Shown: positions 59,308-64,000 of the stretch, in pieces
How positions within the stretch are numbered: the first letter of the stretch is position 1
Layout of the letters: every line of letters begins with the position of its first letter
From: a virus
Reading direction: 5' to 3' (one strand)
Virus record (IMG/VR): IMGVR_UViG_3300043395_003277
Location: 21,450 to 85,449 of that record
DNA length: 64,000 bases
The notes under the pieces: generated by a model
Databases searched by the model: none
What the model saw: the letters and a program-made list of their open reading frames with translations, nothing else
What the model was told of the DNA's origin: nothing
Position numbers and translations under genes: made by a program

Positions 59308-59478
59308 TTACTTTTCGGTTTCTTTGTCTTCTTTGCCTTTTTGACTTTTATACTTGCGGGCCTTGTCCAAAGCGGCCTTGCGCTTCTCGTTGTCCGACAT
59401 CTCGCTGCCGTCCTTGTTCTTGGCTTCCTTTTTCTTGAAGTGCTCCAGGAGCTGGGGCGGCATTTTGTTCTTGGTCAT
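59308..59478 (-). CDS. Small basic protein, 56 aa (not in ORF track)
   Basis: MTKNKMPPQLLEHFKKK... Confidence 0.55.
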   Translation of the reverse strand: MTKNKMPPQLLEHFKKKEAKNKDGSEMSDNEKRKAALDKARKYKSQKGKEDKETEK

Positions 59479-59676
59479 TTTGTTGTTTGTTTTTACTTAA
59501 AGCATTTAAAACAGCAGATCCTTTTGTTTCTCCGCCAATTGGGGAGCCCTGGAGTTCACGAACCCCACCAAAGCGATTCTTCTGTAGTTGTAAAACGACA
59601 GACATCAGCCCGCCTGCAAGACGGGCATCAGAAGTCGCTGGTGATGGGGTACTGGGATCCATTTATCTACTTTAAG

Positions 59677-60297
59677 TTAACCTTCATCAAATTGTATTTT
59701 AGCCCATACGCTCATTGAAGCTTCTTCCAAAGGAATTTCAATTGGATCATCCTTGAAGACAGAAAGCAACTCTCGAATGGCGCGATCAGCGCCAGCCATT
59801 AACAAACCTTTGCGATCTCTGTTGTTAACAAACTGCTCAATCTGAGCAATTGTGCCACGTAGTTCTTTTTGCATAGAAGCAATGCGGGCGACACCGGCAT
59901 CACGTTTTACCAGACCGTCATCCACATCGCCACGAAGCTTGCGGATGTCTTCTTGCATTTCAGAGATTTCGTAAAGCAAGGTCTTACGGTGATCCGGTTT
60001 TGGATACCGATCGTTTACCCACGCTTCGCAACAAACAATGCTTCCGTTATACCCAAGGAAACGAGCATAAAGGAAGCTTTCAATTACAGAGTAATTACTA
60101 GCGGCAAAGGCGGTAAAGGCTTCTTGTTCAGAACACGTTAAGTTATCGACCCATTGATCAAATAACTCAATATCGATAAGCTCGTTGGGCCTGGTTGTAG
60201 TCCCTTGCTTCGTCCGATTGCCTGAACTGCTGGCCTTGTTCAGCGGAGGTGCGCTGTTCTTCTGCGCCTTTGCCAATGGTTTCACGTTCTTGTTCAC
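59677..60297 (-). CDS. Possible terminase small subunit
   Basis: Helical ORF upstream of terL; GGAG before GTG; positional inference. Confidence 0.4.
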   Translation of the reverse strand: MNKNVKPLAKAQKNSAPPLNKASSSGNRTKQGTTTRPNELIDIELFDQWVDNLTCSEQEAFTAFAASNYSVIESFLYARFLGYNGSIVCCEAWVNDRYPKPDHRKTLLYEISEMQEDIRKLRGDVDDGLVKRDAGVARIASMQKELRGTIAQIEQFVNNRDRKGLLMAGADRAIRELLSVFKDDPIEIPLEEASMSVWAKIQFDEG

Positions 60298-60415
60298 CAG
60301 CGGTCTCCATTTTTTTCTTAGAGAAACTATAAGCTACTTCAGCAGCTTGCTTATATTTATCTAAATCAAACCAGTCGTCTAAGTCCGACTGACCTGCGGG
60401 AACGCTGGATGTCAT
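60167..60415 (-). CDS. Hypothetical protein (MTSSVP paralog 2)
   Basis: N-terminus shared with 60436-60615. Confidence 0.6.
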   Translation of the reverse strand: MTSSVPAGQSDLDDWFDLDKYKQAAEVAYSFSKKKMETAGEQERETIGKGAEEQRTSAEQGQQFRQSDEARDYNQAQRAYRY

Positions 60416-60435
60416 TGTAGTTAATTATTTGTTTA

Positions 60436-60615
60436 TCAGAAGTTGCTCATCATGCTTGCCAGGCCTTGGGCAAACACGTCGCGACGGCCTTCAACAGATT
60501 TTTGACGCTGTTGGCGACCTTTGGAGGCTTCCAGCTTGTCAAGCAGCTGCTGAAAACGATCAATGTTGAAATAATCGTCGGCTTCAGTCTGGCCAGTGGG
60601 AACAGAGCTTGTCAT
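60436..60615 (-). CDS. Hypothetical protein (MTSSVP paralog 1)
   Basis: N-terminus shared with 60167-60415. Confidence 0.6.
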   Translation of the reverse strand: MTSSVPTGQTEADDYFNIDRFQQLLDKLEASKGRQQRQKSVEGRRDVFAQGLASMMSNF

Positions 60616-60651
60616 GATCAATCAGTTGTTCTGTTTATATTTTATAGTATA

Positions 60652-61380
60652 TCAACCAAAAGCTGCGTTAATAAGATTGTACATGTTGCCAGCAAGCTGA
60701 ATTTTACCAAGTGATTTATCCGCTTCAGCACGTGTTTTTGTCGATTCCAGGCCGTACCGCCCTGTGGTTTCCGCAACATCGCGTGCTGCGTCGCCTTCAA
60801 TTTCTGCGACACGAGCTAAGCCTGCGTTAATGATTGGTTGCAGTTGTAAACGCCCCTCAATCTCAAGCCCAGCAACAGCTCTACGCCATTCAGCTTCTTT
60901 ATCCGCACTGTACTTGGTGCCCTCCAGACCAAGCTCACCTAAATAACGTTGAGCACCAGCTTGAACTTCGGTGCCACGAAGACCAAGCTCTGCTGCATAG
61001 CGCTGGGCTTCTGTTTGTAAACGAGTACCCTGAAGACCAATATCTGCTACGTAACGATCTGTATCTGCGCGGGAACGCTGGATTTCTTTATCGGCTTCCG
61101 CACGAATAGTTGTTGAGTTGACAAGACCGCTATAGCTGATCTGTGCCAGCTGTACATCGTAATCACCACGCTGTTTGCCAAGAGCAAGTTCACCTCCATA
61201 AATATTTTCCCAGTAAGTGCCATAACCAGATGGGACTACTGTGCCAGAAGGAACAAACCCACCGCCTGAATAAGTAGGACTTACAGAACTTCTCGGCAAA
61301 GGGCCAACAAAACCAGAAGAATATGTTGTTGGTCCCAAAGAGATGGGGGTTATGTTAGATGATCGGTTTCTTCTTGGCAT
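60652..61380 (-). CDS. Putative ejection/pilot-like protein
   Basis: Three 18-aa RY....GL.GT repeats. Confidence 0.5.
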   Translation of the reverse strand: MPRRNRSSNITPISLGPTTYSSGFVGPLPRSSVSPTYSGGGFVPSGTVVPSGYGTYWENIYGGELALGKQRGDYDVQLAQISYSGLVNSTTIRAEADKEIQRSRADTDRYVADIGLQGTRLQTEAQRYAAELGLRGTEVQAGAQRYLGELGLEGTKYSADKEAEWRRAVAGLEIEGRLQLQPIINAGLARVAEIEGDAARDVAETTGRYGLESTKTRAEADKSLGKIQLAGNMYNLINAAFG

Positions 61381-61403
61381 TGTATTTATTGTTTTCTTTT
61401 AGT

Positions 61404-62111
61404 TTAAGCGCGGTTGGTTGAAACTGTAGCAGTTCCGGTATTGGGTCCATATTTTGCCAGCATGCCAGCGAAGTCTGGTGTTCGATAATAATTGGTATAA
61501 CGCCCCGTTTCGTCGCGATAAGGATCACCAAACATCATGCTGAGTTGTTCTTGTTGCGGCGTCATGACCTGACCGCGAGCAACCATCTGTTGTTTGAGCA
61601 TGTCGCCAAAAGCTTGGGGGCTGCGGATATTTAAGCTTTTTGCACGATCAACAAAAGCACCAAAATCTTCAGGGCTAAAGCTTAAATTCTGCTGTTTATA
61701 CAACTCATCCGCTGCACGCCAATAGCCAGTTTGAGAATAGTCAGGATCTACTTGATAGCTTTTTGTTAACTCTTTTTCAAACTTTTTATTATTTACATAC
61801 CGATTAATATATTGCTGTAAAAGATTTTCTGCAGCACCGGGGTTGCCGGCACGCTGATACATCTGCGCTTCAGATAAAATGCGATTTTTGGTGGCTTTAG
61901 TCGCACGTACTTGTCTTTCGCCATATTTGATTAAATCTTCCTGCAGTGGTGTTGGCTGATAAACAGGAGGTTGAATAGCAGCGCCGCCACCAAAGCCGCC
62001 AAACAAGCCACCGGCAATGCCACCGATTGCCGTGCCGATAGGACCGAATGTTGAACCAGTGGCAGCACCAGAGCCAATGCCCCCAAGTAACCCACCAAGA
62101 CTAAAAGACAT
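61404..62111 (-). CDS. Glycine-zipper protein, putative ejection protein
   Basis: GGLLGGIGSGAATGSTFGPIGTAIGGIAGGLFGG. Confidence 0.6.
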   Translation of the reverse strand: MSFSLGGLLGGIGSGAATGSTFGPIGTAIGGIAGGLFGGFGGGAAIQPPVYQPTPLQEDLIKYGERQVRATKATKNRILSEAQMYQRAGNPGAAENLLQQYINRYVNNKKFEKELTKSYQVDPDYSQTGYWRAADELYKQQNLSFSPEDFGAFVDRAKSLNIRSPQAFGDMLKQQMVARGQVMTPQQEQLSMMFGDPYRDETGRYTNYYRTPDFAGMLAKYGPNTGTATVSTNRA

Positions 62112-62151
62112 ATCTAATACTTACAGTATTTACATTTTAAACGAACAGGAC

Positions 62152-62565
62152 TTAAGAGACAAAAGCACCAAAGCGTCCGTAGCGGCCAGCAAGTTCTGGA
62201 AGTGCGGCACGTGCTTGATTTTGACGATAGAACGGATTATTGGCGCGATACTGATCAAAGAAACGGGGCATGTCTCTTTGTTCAAAAATATCTTTATTTG
62301 TTGCAAAAAGATCTCCACCGAAATCAATATCACGCAGCGTAGCCATCGTATCAAGTGCTGCTTGACCAGAAGCGCCTGCTGCTTCTTGTCCCATCATACT
62401 GGCACCAAAGTTGCCAACGCCAAGCATACCAGCCATCTGCATGGGATTCAAGGATCCCAGGAGGCCGCCAAGACCGCCCCCGCCGCTAAAGCCACTGGAA
62501 GCCATATTAAAGGCACCTGGTGCCAGGTTTAGACCGGAACCAAAAGCAGTACCTGTATAGTTCAT
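62152..62565 (-). CDS. Gly-rich putative internal virion protein
   Basis: GGGGLGGLLG segment. Confidence 0.5.
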   Translation of the reverse strand: MNYTGTAFGSGLNLAPGAFNMASSGFSGGGGLGGLLGSLNPMQMAGMLGVGNFGASMMGQEAAGASGQAALDTMATLRDIDFGGDLFATNKDIFEQRDMPRFFDQYRANNPFYRQNQARAALPELAGRYGRFGAFVS

Positions 62566-62603
62566 GTGTTAAAAGTATTATTTACTATTGTAACCAACAA
62601 GTA

Positions 62604-63155
62604 TTAAACAGCCGTTGCGTATTGCCGTGTCACAAAGCGGGAGACTTGGGGCGGCTGAGCAGCTTGCATTTGATACGGAAGGTACTCCATGCGTCGCTCT
62701 GCAGCAGCGGAGAATTGTTTGGGAAGATTAAGAAGACCAGCAAAAAGATGGCCCTGCATAGCGCGGGCATTTGCCTTATCGGCCATCTCGTTCATAATAT
62801 TGCCATAAATTTCACCGCGCTGTTTAATGATCTCAGGATCATTTTCGTACATATCGCGGAAAACAGACCACCGCATGTATTTGGCCATGGGATCTTTGTC
62901 GTCACCAAACAACTCTGGTGGGAGTTGAGACATCACCCGTTGATAAACATTACCAGCTTGGGTTTGACCAGCGATGGGAGGTGTCTGCATGCCGCCTGGA
63001 GCCGGGGCAATCGGCGTACCTTGCTGGATGGTCCCAGGGGGAGCAAAGTCAGCCATTGTGGGTTGTACACCAGCTCCTGGAGCTTGGTTGCCGTAATAGC
63101 TAACCCACTTCAGCGCATTTGGCGAATCAAAAAAGTTTCTTGTTGCCATGATCAA
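62604..63155 (-). CDS. Putative internal virion protein
   Basis: Pro/Gln/Met-rich ORF in the late block. Confidence 0.5.
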   Translation of the reverse strand: MIMATRNFFDSPNALKWVSYYGNQAPGAGVQPTMADFAPPGTIQQGTPIAPAPGGMQTPPIAGQTQAGNVYQRVMSQLPPELFGDDKDPMAKYMRWSVFRDMYENDPEIIKQRGEIYGNIMNEMADKANARAMQGHLFAGLLNLPKQFSAAAERRMEYLPYQMQAAQPPQVSRFVTRQYATAV

Positions 63156-63991
63156 CCAAAGCGAATTTGCGGGGCTTGCAGAACAGAACCTGCGTATGGG
63201 GCAGAAGTCAGTGCTGTACGTAGGGTTGCACCAGATTCAGCTTGTGCACCTTGAGCAAGAGCACCACCTGTGGCGAGAGTACCAAGCATGGCCTGCTGTT
63301 GTGCCATATGAGCATTTAAAGCTTGCTGGCGAACAAGCTCTGAATTCTTCATACGCTCAATCAATGGCATATTGCGCTGCAGATCGTAATATTGTTGATC
63401 GGAATAATGCTTGGAAAGATCTTTAAGGGCACTGGTATATACACCCATTTGATCACGGTATTGCGTAATACCAAGCTCATTTACTTGCTCAGCAATTGCT
63501 TTTTGAGTACTAAACTCACCCTCTTTACCCTTGGTAGGCTCACCTGTTACTTTCTGGCGAATAGACTCAGCAGCAGAAGCACCGGTTGGAGCGCCAAGAA
63601 GGCCGCCAACAGCAGGAAGAATGGCGCCGGCAATCTTGCCGTAAGGACCGGGAAGCATGCGAGCGGCAGCAGCACCTAATCCAACGCCTGCTGCGCCACC
63701 ACCAATAGCACCTAATGCGCCCACAGGGCGACCAGCTTGCGCTTCACCAACTGCTTCCATCACCGGAGCGATCATCCCAGCAGCAGCACCAAGACGACCA
63801 ACGGGCAGCGCACCAGCACCCTGCATGAATGTATTAAGAAACTGCTGACCCATACCCGCTGCTCCCTGTAGACCTTCCCGAATGCGTTGTGCAGCACCGG
63901 GTTCCGGAGGCTTTGGGGCGCCTACAGGTGTTGCACCAGCAGCAGCCGTTTGTTCACCATAATAGGCACGAGGATCCATGCCAGCTTGCAT
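63152..63991 (-). CDS. Glycine-zipper putative ejection protein
   Basis: GALGAIGGGAAGVGLG and AVGGLLGA segments, then a Gln-rich helix. Confidence 0.55.
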   Translation of the reverse strand: MQAGMDPRAYYGEQTAAAGATPVGAPKPPEPGAAQRIREGLQGAAGMGQQFLNTFMQGAGALPVGRLGAAAGMIAPVMEAVGEAQAGRPVGALGAIGGGAAGVGLGAAAARMLPGPYGKIAGAILPAVGGLLGAPTGASAAESIRQKVTGEPTKGKEGEFSTQKAIAEQVNELGITQYRDQMGVYTSALKDLSKHYSDQQYYDLQRNMPLIERMKNSELVRQQALNAHMAQQQAMLGTLATGGALAQGAQAESGATLRTALTSAPYAGSVLQAPQIRFG

Positions 63992-64000
63992 TAATTGTTG

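Noticed and set aside
60305-60320. A-AAA-AAA slippery site fusing the 60415 ORF to the 59677 ORF
   Set aside because: A -1 slip enters the wrong frame; +1 would be needed

Overview
A roughly 44% GC, gene-dense segment of a tailed dsDNA cyanophage. The gene set (hli, Dps, speD, dcd, primase-SF3 helicase, tRNA-Pro, DUF5895, GT4s, collagen fibre) resembles what I recall for S-EIV1-like freshwater Synechococcus phages; that assignment is inference. Early/replication genes lie mostly on + (about 1-7.5, 15.7-23.9 and 30.1-33.7 kb). Virion, packaging and lysis genes lie mostly on - (terminase, portal, scaffold, capsid, fibres, probable ejection proteins). Strongest hidden feature: the major capsid gene is split after codon 4 by an ORF-less 275-nt group I intron (53067-53341, -). 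P1-P10 can be read by eye, and an enlarged L1 can pair with the bases just before the terminal G, possibly a regulatory splice gate. Other highlights: a ~270-nt structured RNA around a tRNA-like core, a 38-aa CP12-C-terminus mini-protein missed by the ORF track, a nuclease insertion that duplicated a tail gene's C-terminus, an apparently dead integrase facing an Xis-like gene, an adenine MTase with FPPS for NPPY, a 26-bp inverted palindrome pair, and a 551-nt portal/scaffold overlap. All calls are by motif recognition; no searches were run.
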